Source: Aridibacter sp.
Lineage (GTDB): Bacteria > Acidobacteriota > Blastocatellia > Pyrinomonadales > Pyrinomonadaceae
Length of the DNA stretch: 64,000 nucleotides
Assembly (NCBI GenBank): GCA_965216195.1
Contig: OZ244151.1
Coordinates: 2,510,761 to 2,574,760, forward strand
Direction of reading: 5' to 3'
Under the pieces are notes generated by a model. The model saw only the letters and a program-made list of their open reading frames with translations, was not told where the DNA came from and did no database searches. A program made the translations under genes and the position numbers. Below are positions 38,446 to 47,675 of this stretch, piece after piece; the first letter of the stretch is position 1; the number at the start of each line of letters is the position of its first letter.

Positions 38446-39962
38446 CCTTGAGGCGGATTTCCATCGTCGTAAATAAACACGTGAAAACATGCGTTTACAT
38501 TTCCTTCGCGCAATCCATCAAGTATCCGAGCATTTTCCATTTCAACGAGCATTTCCTGGATAAAGTTTTGTTCAGGTCCGCTCATAAACTTTCGTGACAA
38601 ATCAAATGCGCAGCCTGAAGTGTGAGGTGGCAGCGACCCGGATCCACGAACCCTATAAGAATTCGGATTAAACCTATTTAAGCTAATCTGGTATTCCATC
38701 GAACGGGCGAGGGAGGTAATTCTAAGCGGCCTATTATATTTTGCATGATACGACTTCGCGAGCTTTTCCAAAACAGGTTTTGCTTTTGGGTGAAACATCC
38801 TCAGGAGCCGAATTTTCATCTGGCGTCGATGAGTGGGGTTGTCCATATCGTATCTCACACCCGAAAAATTTTCGGCTAGTTTTGCGAGCGTATTGTAGTC
38901 ATCCGAACCCGGGGGAGCAACCTTCACACCCGTTTCGAACTCGAAATTAGTGAACTCCTTTGTATTCGAACTACCCCCTACGTCCAGCACCCAATATTCT
39001 GTCGCCATCGGCAATTCGATCAACTCGCCCGCCATACGCTTTCTTGCAAGATCGGCAAAATCCATCGGCACTTGATATGGCGGGGTGCGTTTTCGCATTT
39101 CAGAAATCTTCCTGGTTTGCTTCGGAACACCGCAACAAAGTTCACGGAAATTCTTCATCCCGGGCGGGTTGTTGCCAAAAAGCTTTTGCCTGCTCAATCC
39201 GTATTGCTTTTTCCAAAAATCAAGCGATACATTTAGATTATAGCTACTAGCCGTTGGCTCGGTGGTATCTGCAGTGATCTCCTGCATATCCTCAACCTTG
39301 ATTTCTTCTTCCTGAACCTCCCAATACTGAACAAGTTCCTTAAGTTCCTCTTTTTCCTTTCCCGGAAGCGGATCGATCACAAGGATCGGAATCGTGACAT
39401 TTGCTTTGGGCGTCGGCTTCGCACGCTTCCCCGCCCGCTTGCTACCTTGCTCGACATAGTTTGCAATTAACAAACCAACTATAGCTAAAAAAACTATGCC
39501 AAAGGTTGAAAACATCGCTACCAGCAATACAACAGGCGTCCCTTTCTTTTGGCCCCGACGCTTTGCTTTTGCGGTTGTCTTCGGTGTTCGTATGGCTGCA
39601 TTTGGTTGGCTCGTAGCGCGCTTTTTGGGTTTCCCTTCAATAAAACTTTCGTCCAGAGCGTCACGCTCACCAAAAACAATTTTTATTCTTGTGTCGCTCC
39701 CCAGGGAGAGTCGGTCACCATCGAGTAAAACTCGAGGTTCACGACCAAGCCTTTTTCCATTTAAAAAGGTGCCATTGCTGGAGTTTTCATCAACAACCAG
39801 CACATCATCTTCGTCGAGAAAAAAAGTAGTGTTTAGGCCCGAAAGACCTGGGTCATCAAGGACAATGTCGGCCTGAGCAGTTCGACCAACGCTGACTTCA
39901 TCATCGAGCGAAATCGTTTCTCTTTCGTATGAAGTGCTAATTTCGAGGGTAACTTTGGTCAT
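38439..39962 (-). CDS. FHA domain - TM - LAS/M15-like zinc peptidase-fold protein
   Basis: N-terminal FHA (VSVGRT...SSNGTFLNGKRL), a basic linker and a TM (VVLLVAMFSTFGIVFLAIVGLLIA). The C-terminal ITSLARS...PPHTSGCAFDLS fits the HxxGxAxD zinc motif of M15/YcbK-type peptidases. Confidence 0.8.
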   Translation of the reverse strand: MTKVTLEISTSYERETISLDDEVSVGRTAQADIVLDDPGLSGLNTTFFLDEDDVLVVDENSSNGTFLNGKRLGREPRVLLDGDRLSLGSDTRIKIVFGERDALDESFIEGKPKKRATSQPNAAIRTPKTTAKAKRRGQKKGTPVVLLVAMFSTFGIVFLAIVGLLIANYVEQGSKRAGKRAKPTPKANVTIPILVIDPLPGKEKEELKELVQYWEVQEEEIKVEDMQEITADTTEPTASSYNLNVSLDFWKKQYGLSRQKLFGNNPPGMKNFRELCCGVPKQTRKISEMRKRTPPYQVPMDFADLARKRMAGELIELPMATEYWVLDVGGSSNTKEFTNFEFETGVKVAPPGSDDYNTLAKLAENFSGVRYDMDNPTHRRQMKIRLLRMFHPKAKPVLEKLAKSYHAKYNRPLRITSLARSMEYQISLNRFNPNSYRVRGSGSLPPHTSGCAFDLSRKFMSGPEQNFIQEMLVEMENARILDGLREGNVNACFHVFIYDDGNPPQGY

Positions 39963-40033
39963 CTAACGCGATGGAATTCTTGGTTGAGTCCAAGTATAAA
40001 TTTCTTCCGCGATAATTGAAAGCCTTTTTGGTC

Positions 40034-40064
40034 AATAAAAAAGGCGCCCGATAACATGCGCCTT
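40034..40064 (-). terminator. Rho-independent terminator after M16 peptidase gene
   Basis: On the minus strand AAGGCGC-ATGTTATCGG-GCGCCTT is followed by TTTTTATT. Confidence 0.7.
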
Positions 40065-40093
40065 AAAGCTACTCTTGAACATTGAAAAGCAAA

Positions 40094-43000
40094 CTATTTC
40101 ACTTTCTTTCCGGTAACGGTGTTCCCTCGAATGTCCAAGTTCATTTCCATCCCGCTTTCGCCCTTTTTGAAACTCACCTTGAAAGCGTTTTGCCCGTTGA
40201 ACTGAGCGTTGAACTCTCCATCTTTTCCATCGATGGGAACCAACTCAAGCGGTGGCTGTCCGGGAGCCTCCACTCTAAGTTTCCCGCCTTTTTCAACGAC
40301 TTTCACGTCACCCAAACGCGGAAGCTTGTATGAACCAACAATGTCATCATACTTTCCACTCGGCTTGGACGCAGTTTCTTTTTTAGCCGTTGATTTCGAT
40401 TTCGCGTTGGCAAAGTCGCCGGCTTTGAAAAGCGATATATTCTCGAGTTTGATGTATTTTCTGAACGCCGCGTTGATTTGCTCTTTCGTTAACGCTTGAA
40501 CTTTGCGTTCAAAATCGGCGTCCCAATCCATCGTTCGATCGATAAAAAGTTTGTTGTTCAAACTGCCGGCTAAATTACCGTCATTCGCCCGACTGAGCTG
40601 TCTTGATTGCAGGAAACCTTTTTTCGCGTCCTCTATTTCCTTATCCGTAAATCCATCTTTCAGAATTTTAGAAATTTCTTCTTTGAAACCGGTTTCAAGC
40701 TTTCCGAGATTTTCAGGTGCGTAAATTGCGAACGCCAAAAATGCCCCGCTAGGATCAATCGAACCAACGCCCAGCTGCGAACCGCCGCCATAGCTGATTC
40801 CATCTTTTTGACGAATTCTTGTTAAAAATCTCGAGTTCAAAAATCCGCCGCCAAACATATAGTTTCCGAGAAATAGCGCCGGATAATCGGGATTATCGTC
40901 CTTCATATTTATGTTAACCCGAGCGATAAAAAATGCGTTTTGTTTGTCCGGCGTTTCGATGTTCTGATCGAGTTTTTTGACCGCGGTAAAATTGTTTCGG
41001 ATCCTTTCGTATCTCATCGGACTCTTCCACCCGCCAAAAAGATTTTTCAGCAGAGGTTCGATCTTCTTGTCGTCAAAATCTCCGACGACCGTTATTTCAC
41101 CAGTCGAGCCGCCGTAAAAATCTTTATAGAATTTTTTCGCGTCCTCCAAAGTTGCGGCTTTAATATCGGCAATTTGCTCGTCAAAAGATCGTGCGTAACC
41201 TGGATGTCCTTTCGGACGAGTGTTGAAGTGCTTGCTCATCGCCTGACTCGCAGCCGACTGCGGTTGACTCTTTTGACTCTCAATTCCGGTCAAAGTTTGT
41301 TTCTTGAGCGTCTCAAATTCGCTCGCGGGAAACCCCGGCTCGCGCATAATTTCTGCTACGAGTTTCAAAACCTCAGCCAAATTCTGGCGAGTTGTTTGAA
41401 TACTTGCGCTTACGCCCGTCGAACCGCCGAATACCGTTACACGCGCCTTAAGACGATCGAATTCATCTTGAATCTGCTGCCGCGTACGCTTAGTCGTCCC
41501 ACGCATCAACATCTGTCCCGCAAAACTCGCTGCCTGAGCCTTATTCATCAACGATTTTTCGTCGCCAAATCTGAAGTTAATGCGCGCCACAACCGTATCG
41601 CCACGATTCTCTTTTGTAAGAAACGCCATTTTCACGCCGCCCGAATTCATTCGGCGAGTTCGCGTTTCAATGTTGCTCGGAGATGGATCAAACGCCTCAC
41701 CGGCTGCAACCTCAGCATCACCTTTGTAACCCGTCAGCACAGCGGCAACGTCGGAGTCTTTCACCACAGGAATTTCCGCGCGATTCGGTTTCTCCGTAGG
41801 AACAAACATTCCAAGCGTGCGATTCGAGCGTTTGTAATATGTATTAGCTACTTTCTGAACATCGGCAACCGTTACTTTTCTCAGCCTGTCGCGATGCAAG
41901 AAAAACAGACGCCAGTCACCCAAAGCGATCCATTCGCTGAGCTGAATTCCGACATTGTTCGGGTTGTTAAAAGCAAGTTCTATGTTCTTCAAAAGAATCG
42001 TTTTCGCGCGATCAACCTCCGCCTTTGTAATAGGGGTTTCAGCCGTTTTCTCAACGGTTTCGAGAAGATCGTCGACGGCTGGCTTCAGCAAATCATTTTT
42101 CGCTACTTGAGCACCCAAAATATGAAAACCAGGTTGCTTAGTCTGAAAATTTATGCCCAGAACGCTCGCTGCTTTTTTCGTTTCAACCAGTTTTTTATAG
42201 AGTCTCCCGGACGGTGTGTCCGTCATGATCGTGTTGAAAACATCTACCGCGGCAGTTTCTTCATGCGCTCCGGGGGGTACGTGATAGCCCGCCATAACCA
42301 TTTTGATATCGCCGACGCGTCGAATTGTAACCGTTCGTTCGCCATCTTGAACCGGCTCAACCGTGTAATTCTTTTTCAAAACGCGAGCGGGTTTTGGAAT
42401 CTTGCCAAAGGTACCAGCAATCATCCCTATCGTTTTCGCTTCGTCAAATTTTCCCGCAACCAGCAAAACCGCATTATCCGGCTGGTAAAAACGTTTGTAG
42501 AAAGCTTTTAAATTATCAATCGGAACGTTTTCTACGTCCGAGCGAGCTCCGATTGTGGACTTCCCATAGTTGTGCCACAAAAAGGCGCTCGCCATTGTCT
42601 TCTGGAAAAGCACACGTAACGGACTATTTTCACCGGATTCCATTTCGTTTCTGACAACTGAAAACTCCGAGTCAAGATCCTCTTTTTTAATGAAAGAATT
42701 GACCATTCGATCAGACTCCATTTCCAAAGCCCACTTCAAATTCTCGTCGGTCGCATTGAAGGTTTCGTAGTAATTTGTGCGATCAAGCCAGGTAGTTCCG
42801 TTCGCCCGGGCACCGTGTGATGAAAGTTCGTCATCGATATTGGGATGATTCGTTGAACCTTTGAAAACAAGGTGTTCGAGAAGATGTGCCATTCCGGTTT
42901 CACCATAATTTTCATGGCGAGAACCGACCAAATACGTAACGTTTGCCGTTATCGTTTGCTTTGTTTGGTCTGGAAAAAGTAAAACTTTCATACCGTTGTC

Positions 43001-43135
43001 CAAACGGTATTCGGTGATTCCTTCCACAGAAGTTATCTTCTTTACTCCCGACGGCATCTGAGCTACCGCCGCCGAAGAAATAGCTAAAACTAAAAGCGAC
43101 GCAAAAATCGCGTTCGAAATAAATCGAATTTTCAT
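40094..43135 (-). CDS. M16 (pitrilysin/insulinase) family zinc peptidase, double-unit, secreted
   Basis: Signal peptide and the HxxEH motif in MAHLLEHLVFKG. A second inactive M16 unit follows, then a ~110-aa C-terminal beta-rich extension. Confidence 0.9.
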   Translation of the reverse strand: MKIRFISNAIFASLLVLAISSAAVAQMPSGVKKITSVEGITEYRLDNGMKVLLFPDQTKQTITANVTYLVGSRHENYGETGMAHLLEHLVFKGSTNHPNIDDELSSHGARANGTTWLDRTNYYETFNATDENLKWALEMESDRMVNSFIKKEDLDSEFSVVRNEMESGENSPLRVLFQKTMASAFLWHNYGKSTIGARSDVENVPIDNLKAFYKRFYQPDNAVLLVAGKFDEAKTIGMIAGTFGKIPKPARVLKKNYTVEPVQDGERTVTIRRVGDIKMVMAGYHVPPGAHEETAAVDVFNTIMTDTPSGRLYKKLVETKKAASVLGINFQTKQPGFHILGAQVAKNDLLKPAVDDLLETVEKTAETPITKAEVDRAKTILLKNIELAFNNPNNVGIQLSEWIALGDWRLFFLHRDRLRKVTVADVQKVANTYYKRSNRTLGMFVPTEKPNRAEIPVVKDSDVAAVLTGYKGDAEVAAGEAFDPSPSNIETRTRRMNSGGVKMAFLTKENRGDTVVARINFRFGDEKSLMNKAQAASFAGQMLMRGTTKRTRQQIQDEFDRLKARVTVFGGSTGVSASIQTTRQNLAEVLKLVAEIMREPGFPASEFETLKKQTLTGIESQKSQPQSAASQAMSKHFNTRPKGHPGYARSFDEQIADIKAATLEDAKKFYKDFYGGSTGEITVVGDFDDKKIEPLLKNLFGGWKSPMRYERIRNNFTAVKKLDQNIETPDKQNAFFIARVNINMKDDNPDYPALFLGNYMFGGGFLNSRFLTRIRQKDGISYGGGSQLGVGSIDPSGAFLAFAIYAPENLGKLETGFKEEISKILKDGFTDKEIEDAKKGFLQSRQLSRANDGNLAGSLNNKLFIDRTMDWDADFERKVQALTKEQINAAFRKYIKLENISLFKAGDFANAKSKSTAKKETASKPSGKYDDIVGSYKLPRLGDVKVVEKGGKLRVEAPGQPPLELVPIDGKDGEFNAQFNGQNAFKVSFKKGESGMEMNLDIRGNTVTGKKVK

Positions 43136-43309
43136 TATCTAAACTCCCTTCAAAAATTTTGTAAGATTGCAGATTCAAATAGTCTAATAAAGTACGAAAC
43201 TATATCAGAAAGGTTTTCGTTGTTAAAAACTGTTTCGGTGTGATGAGGAGAGACGCAATAAGTTTTGCCAATATTTTAATTACTTAAAAAGAGCTAATTT
43301 CAGACCTAA

Positions 43310-44308
43310 TTATCCGGCTATTTCATTACCGGTTTCGGCTTGTTCCCGTGCGTGATAGCTGCTTCTCGTTAGCGGCGATGATTCAACATGTTTGAAACCC
43401 AAGTCTCGACCGATGCGTTTCCATTCGGCGAATTCTTCGGGGGTAACGTATCGCTCGACCGGCAAGCGTTTCTCATAAGGCTGCAAGTATTGCCCAATGG
43501 TCATAATATCGCACGAAACTTTTCTCAGGTCTTTCATTAAATCAACGACCTCATCAAACTTTTCGCCGAGCCCCACCATAATCCCACTTTTGGTGAACAT
43601 TTCGGGAAATTGTGTATCACGAAAACGTGCTGCACGTTCGAGTAATTCCAACGACTGTTCATAGACAGCGTCGGGACGAACCCGGCGATAGAGTCGCGCG
43701 ATTGTTTCGGTGTTGTGATTCAAGACTTCCGGGCGCGCTTCAAGCGCGATATTGAGAGCCGTTGCGTTTCCCTGAAAATCGGGGACTAACACTTCGACCT
43801 TACAATTCGGATTTAACTCGTGAACTTTGCGAATCGTCTCCGCCCAATGCTCGGCACCGCCGTTTTCTAAATCGTCACGATTTACAGAAGTTATAACGGC
43901 GTGTTCCAATCCCAAATGCTTCACAGCTTTCGCAACATTCATCGGCTCTTCAGGATCAAGATCCATCGGCTTGCCCTTATTGACGGCACAAAACCCGCAA
44001 TGCCGCGTGCACGTATCGCCCCCGAGCATAAACGTCGCGGTTTTATCCGTCCAACATTCGAAAATGTTAGGACAGCGCGCTTCCTGACAAACCGTGTGAA
44101 GATTGAGCCCGTCGATCAACTTCAAAACCTTATTTTGGTTCGTTGGATCACCGATCTTGATCCGCAACCAATCTGGTTTTTTTAGTCGCTCCCGCTTTCG
44201 GCTCTTTCCACCCGTATTCGCGACAAACTTATCTATCAATGCTTTTTCTTCGATCATTCCAAAAACGTCTATCAACTCCGTATCTTTTGTGAAAGAATAT
44301 CTTAGCAT
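43310..44308 (-). CDS. lipA: Lipoyl synthase
   Basis: Auxiliary cluster motif CQEARCPNIFEC and the radical SAM motif CTRHCGFC. Confidence 0.95.
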   Translation of the reverse strand: MLRYSFTKDTELIDVFGMIEEKALIDKFVANTGGKSRKRERLKKPDWLRIKIGDPTNQNKVLKLIDGLNLHTVCQEARCPNIFECWTDKTATFMLGGDTCTRHCGFCAVNKGKPMDLDPEEPMNVAKAVKHLGLEHAVITSVNRDDLENGGAEHWAETIRKVHELNPNCKVEVLVPDFQGNATALNIALEARPEVLNHNTETIARLYRRVRPDAVYEQSLELLERAARFRDTQFPEMFTKSGIMVGLGEKFDEVVDLMKDLRKVSCDIMTIGQYLQPYEKRLPVERYVTPEEFAEWKRIGRDLGFKHVESSPLTRSSYHAREQAETGNEIAG

Positions 44309-44350
44309 TTTGCCCCTTTAACTCAATCATCAAAGAAAAGAGACGAAGTA

Positions 44351-44452
44351 ATGAAAATTCTTCTTTTTGTCCTATTGTTATCCACAGTCATTTTTACCGG
44401 CTGCAAAGCGGTCGAAATGCTGCAAACGATTGAATTCTCCGAAGACTACTAA
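44351..44452 (+). CDS. Candidate 33-aa lipoprotein (below ORF-track cutoff)
   Basis: MKILLFVLLLSTVIFTGCKAVEMLQTIEFSEDY. Lipobox FTGC. Weak RBS. Confidence 0.3.
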   Translation: MKILLFVLLLSTVIFTGCKAVEMLQTIEFSEDY

Positions 44453-44635
44453 TTGCGAATCGAAAAAGCGGCGGCAGGATTAGGAAAAAGGGTTTTCCAC
44501 CGATAGCAGTTGGCTGTCGCTTAACGGACTCTTTTGACTAACCGAGGGCAAACAACGACCTTGATATCGAAATAGATGCCGGCGATAAGAAATTCGACAA
44601 CCATTGACGAATCCAATTTTGCTATAATCCAAGCT

Positions 44636-45628
44636 ATGAAGAGAATCTTGTCGCTTTTGCTGTGTGTTCTGGTTTTTCAAGCACTATTTATCGAGGGACA
44701 AACCACCTCAAATCCCGAAAACGATGCAATTTTCTTTAAGATAACGGGAAACAAACTTCAAAAACCTTCATACCTTTTCGGTACGATCCATATTATGTGC
44801 AGTGGCGAGGAACTTTCGCCCAAAGTGATTACAAAGGCAATAAAGTCTGTCGATCGTGTGTTAATGGAGATCGATCTTGACCGGCCTCTCAAGAAGCTCA
44901 TCACGGCAACGCCCGAAGAAATTGCCGAGTTTAAGAAAAAGAAACCTCTCTCGGAGGCGCTTTCTCAGGACGAATATGAGCTAGTAGAGAAAAAACTTCA
45001 ACAATATCTGCCGCTACCGATGAAGATGTTTAACAAAATGCCTCCGGAGATGCTCATACTTTTGGCAAGCACGAATCCGAAAATTATGGGGTGCAAAAAA
45101 TCTATCGCTTCCTACGATATGAAAATCGCGAATATTGCCAAAACCAGCAAAATCGAGATTGACGGACTGGAAACCGTCAAGCAACAGCTCGATATGATAA
45201 CTGACGGAGAAGAATTTGACGGGAGAGAGCTCTTGTTAAAATTCGTAGCCGACCTTGAAAAAAGTAAGGCAGGCACACTAAAACTCAGAGAGACCTATTT
45301 CGGCCAAAATGCGGACATACTGTTTGACTATGCTACTTCCGGCTGGAAAGATGACCCGAAATTTCAAGCGAAGTTGCTGGACACAAGAAACCGAGCTTGG
45401 GTACCAGAAATCGAAAAACGACTTAGCGAAAAGTCATATTTTATCGCAATCGGCGCTGCACATCTTGGTGGAGAGAATGGACTTCTAAAATTGCTAAGAG
45501 AACGAGGCTTTAAGATTCATCCGATCAAGCTCGTAAGAACAAAATCAAAAAAGGCGCGTCGAAACCCTCCCGATAATCATGTCAGCGGGAAGAGTTCCAA
45601 ACGAACGGCTGTCAGTGCTGTCCACTAG
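44636..45628 (+). CDS. TraB/GumN family protein
   Basis: Start placed at MKRILSLLLCVLVF (signal peptide). LFGTIHIM and AIGAAHLGGENGLLKLLRERGFKI are family hallmarks. Confidence 0.85.
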   Translation: MKRILSLLLCVLVFQALFIEGQTTSNPENDAIFFKITGNKLQKPSYLFGTIHIMCSGEELSPKVITKAIKSVDRVLMEIDLDRPLKKLITATPEEIAEFKKKKPLSEALSQDEYELVEKKLQQYLPLPMKMFNKMPPEMLILLASTNPKIMGCKKSIASYDMKIANIAKTSKIEIDGLETVKQQLDMITDGEEFDGRELLLKFVADLEKSKAGTLKLRETYFGQNADILFDYATSGWKDDPKFQAKLLDTRNRAWVPEIEKRLSEKSYFIAIGAAHLGGENGLLKLLRERGFKIHPIKLVRTKSKKARRNPPDNHVSGKSSKRTAVSAVH

Positions 45629-45883
45629 ATTATCGCTGATCAAAAAAAATCTTCTGCCACTATCTATTTCCTTAACACGCTTAACCATCGTCACGCTTTT
45701 CTTGAACGGATGACGTGCAACAACAATATCATCAACTTCAATCTCCGCTTTAGTATCAACTAAAACCTGTTCCCCGGGCATTAAGGTCGGCACCATCGAG
45801 TCGCCTTCGACTCGGTATCTAACCCGATAATCAAACAGCAGCAACGCCGTTTCTAACCAACCCGCTTTTGGAATCTTTTTCAT
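45545..45883 (-). CDS. sodX: Ni-superoxide dismutase maturation protease (S26 family)
   Basis: VEGDSMVPTLMPGEQVLV and VKRV...GDN-like ...SDNLVDSTDSRSFG. Directly downstream of sodN. I prefer the ATG at 45883 because an 11-bp hairpin occupies 45892-45921. Confidence 0.8.
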   Translation of the reverse strand: MKKIPKAGWLETALLLFDYRVRYRVEGDSMVPTLMPGEQVLVDTKAEIEVDDIVVARHPFKKSVTMVKRVKEIDSGRRFFLISDNLVDSTDSRSFGTLPADMIIGRVSTRLF

Positions 45884-45891
45884 AAAGAAAT

Positions 45892-45921
45892 GAGTGATAA
45901 GTATTCTTGAACTTATCACTC
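45892..45921 (-). promoter_or_regulatory. Intercistronic hairpin (possible attenuator) between sodN and sodX
   Basis: GAGTGATAAGT pairs with ACTTATCACTC (perfect 11 bp, 8-nt loop). On the mRNA strand ATTTCTTT follows, then the sodX ATG. Confidence 0.5.
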
Positions 45922-45953
45922 ATTACCAATTACCGACCGCCAACTACCAACAA

Positions 45954-46427
45954 CTACGTTGCTGTATACCAGGGAACATCGCGTCCTTTTGAATCCCAAA
46001 ACATTTCGTGAATTTTCTTCACGTTTGCCATAAGTTCTTCGGCGTGTTCGAGACTGACTTCCTGCTTGCAAGCCGAGCATAATTTTGCAGACTTCCAAAA
46101 CACCTCAACAAGGTCAGGATATTTTTCAAGGTGTCCGGGATTAAAATAATCCGTAAACAGTATTAAAAGCTCGTCCTTTGCCTGCTGCGCCTGCTCTTCT
46201 TTAATAGAAATGTAGCGAGCGAGTGTGTTTGCGTACGCCGCATTCGCCGCGTCATTGCCGCCATCGGGTTTCTTGAGATCAAGAATCTTTTTCGTCATCG
46301 AAAGCACCGCTTCCGCCGGCACCCGGGTCGATGAAGGATCGTAAACTCCGCAAGGTCCATCACAATGCGCTTCTGCAGTTTCGACAGGGGTTTTGTTTAT
46401 CAATGAATCTTTCAACTTATCCAGCAT
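45954..46427 (-). CDS. sodN: Nickel superoxide dismutase precursor
   Basis: A 20-aa propeptide precedes the Ni-hook HCDGPCGVYDP. Confidence 0.93.
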   Translation of the reverse strand: MLDKLKDSLINKTPVETAEAHCDGPCGVYDPSSTRVPAEAVLSMTKKILDLKKPDGGNDAANAAYANTLARYISIKEEQAQQAKDELLILFTDYFNPGHLEKYPDLVEVFWKSAKLCSACKQEVSLEHAEELMANVKKIHEMFWDSKGRDVPWYTAT

Positions 46428-46510
46428 TCAGTTCTCCTTTGAAATTTAAAGTAATATATTTTGGCTTTTAACTATCTTATTATTAGCAATTTCGATTTGC
46501 AAAACGTCAG

Positions 46511-47548
46511 TCACGAAGCGATTTGAACCATCAAAACTCCGGTATTTTTACCCTCATACAAACTGATCAACGCTTCCGGCATCTTCTCAATCCCCTCGAG
46601 AATTTGCTCAAGCGGTTTTAACTTTCCGGCTCGAATCCACGTAGCAATCTGATCTTCATACTCAGCGAAGTGCTCTGCGTAATCGTAAACGAAAAAAGCT
46701 TCGAGCTTCGCATCCATTAAACCCAACCGCCAAAGGTTCTTAAACGAATGGTAATCTTTGGGTTCTTTCAAATATTCAGAAATTCGTCCGCAAAGAGCTA
46801 TTCGCGCCCGGCGGTTTATCCTCAAAAGTACCTTATCTAGAATCTCGCCAAAAACATTATCGAAATATACATCTATGCCTTCCGGAAACAGTTCATCGAG
46901 TTTTTCGGGGACGTCATCATTCTTATAGTCAATCGCCCCATCATAACCAAGTCTTTCCGTTAAAACTCCGCACTTTTGTTCTCCGCCGGCGATCCCAATC
47001 ACATTCTTCGCACCCAAAGCCCGGGCGACAAAGCCCGCTTGGCTTCCAACTCCTCCCGCGGCGCCAGAAACTAAAACCGCATCACCCTCTTTAACCTCAG
47101 CGATCTCGCGCATCCCGATCAGCGCCGTAAAACCACTCATCGCAAGGCTGCTGATCCCATGTGACGCTGGCAGATCCGTATTCCGCATTTTGTAGATCAA
47201 ATAATACGGATCACTACCGTCAACTACTGCGTACTCGCGCCAACCGAGCTTCGCCTGCAGAATGTCGCCAATTTCGACGTCCGGATGTCTGCTTTCAACC
47301 ACTTCGCCAACGCCCCGTCCGTGCATCACGTCACCGATCTCAAGTGGTTTTTCAAACTCGGTCTCGTTGGTCATGTAGCGAAGCATCACCGGCGCAACGC
47401 CAAGATAAAGCGTTTTTATCAGCACCTGATTCTCTTTTATTTTTGGGGTTGGGACGGTTTCAAGGGAAAAATTATCAACAGAGGCTAAGCCTTTCGGGCG
47501 ACTCGCTAAAACCCACTGTTTCATCGTTTTGGGCGTGGCTTCGCTCAT
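46511..47548 (-). CDS. NADP-dependent MDR oxidoreductase (alkenal/one reductase, YncB/CurA-like)
   Basis: Nucleotide-binding motif VSGAAGGVGSQAG. No zinc ligands. ~345 aa. Confidence 0.85.
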   Translation of the reverse strand: MSEATPKTMKQWVLASRPKGLASVDNFSLETVPTPKIKENQVLIKTLYLGVAPVMLRYMTNETEFEKPLEIGDVMHGRGVGEVVESRHPDVEIGDILQAKLGWREYAVVDGSDPYYLIYKMRNTDLPASHGISSLAMSGFTALIGMREIAEVKEGDAVLVSGAAGGVGSQAGFVARALGAKNVIGIAGGEQKCGVLTERLGYDGAIDYKNDDVPEKLDELFPEGIDVYFDNVFGEILDKVLLRINRRARIALCGRISEYLKEPKDYHSFKNLWRLGLMDAKLEAFFVYDYAEHFAEYEDQIATWIRAGKLKPLEQILEGIEKMPEALISLYEGKNTGVLMVQIAS

Positions 47549-47564
47549 CGTTTTTGTGAATTCT

Positions 47565-47675
47565 GTAGTAGGTAGTTGGTGATAGGTAATCGGTAATTGG
47601 TAATTGGTAATTGGTAATTGGTGGTAAGAAAATCGAAATTCAAACGTTATGCAAATACCTATTACCTATTACCAT
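47565..47675. repeat. GGTAATT-word palindromic element (tandem heptamers plus inverted partner)
   Basis: GTAGTAGGTAGTTGGTGATAGGTAATC is followed by four exact GGTAATT units (47592-47619). The inverted partner is ACCTATTACCTATTACCATT (47657-47676). The left arm resembles the reverse complement of 45922-45958. Confidence 0.65.

Noticed and set aside
37807-38490. 227-aa ORF on the minus strand.
   Set aside because: It lies antisense to the cyclophilin gene, which has clear PPIase motifs and a signal peptide. The shadow ORF has no recognisable features.
40940-42511. 523-aa ORF on the plus strand.
   Set aside because: It lies entirely antisense to the well-supported M16 peptidase gene. Its translation is Arg/Phe/Leu-rich and low in complexity, with no motif. 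This is a typical shadow ORF.
44576-44635. An upstream start for the TraB/GumN gene, and a TTGACG ... TATAAT promoter with a possibly leaderless transcript.
   Set aside because: The signal peptide begins at the ATG at 44636, so the extension is unlikely. The -35-like and -10-like hexamers are only 13 nt apart, too short for a sigma-70 promoter. The leaderless idea stays speculative and I do not report it as a feature.
45884-45919. GTG start at 45919 for sodX.
   Set aside because: It would place a perfect 11-bp hairpin inside the first 12 codons. The ATG at 45883 directly follows the hairpin. I keep it as an alternative in the finding.
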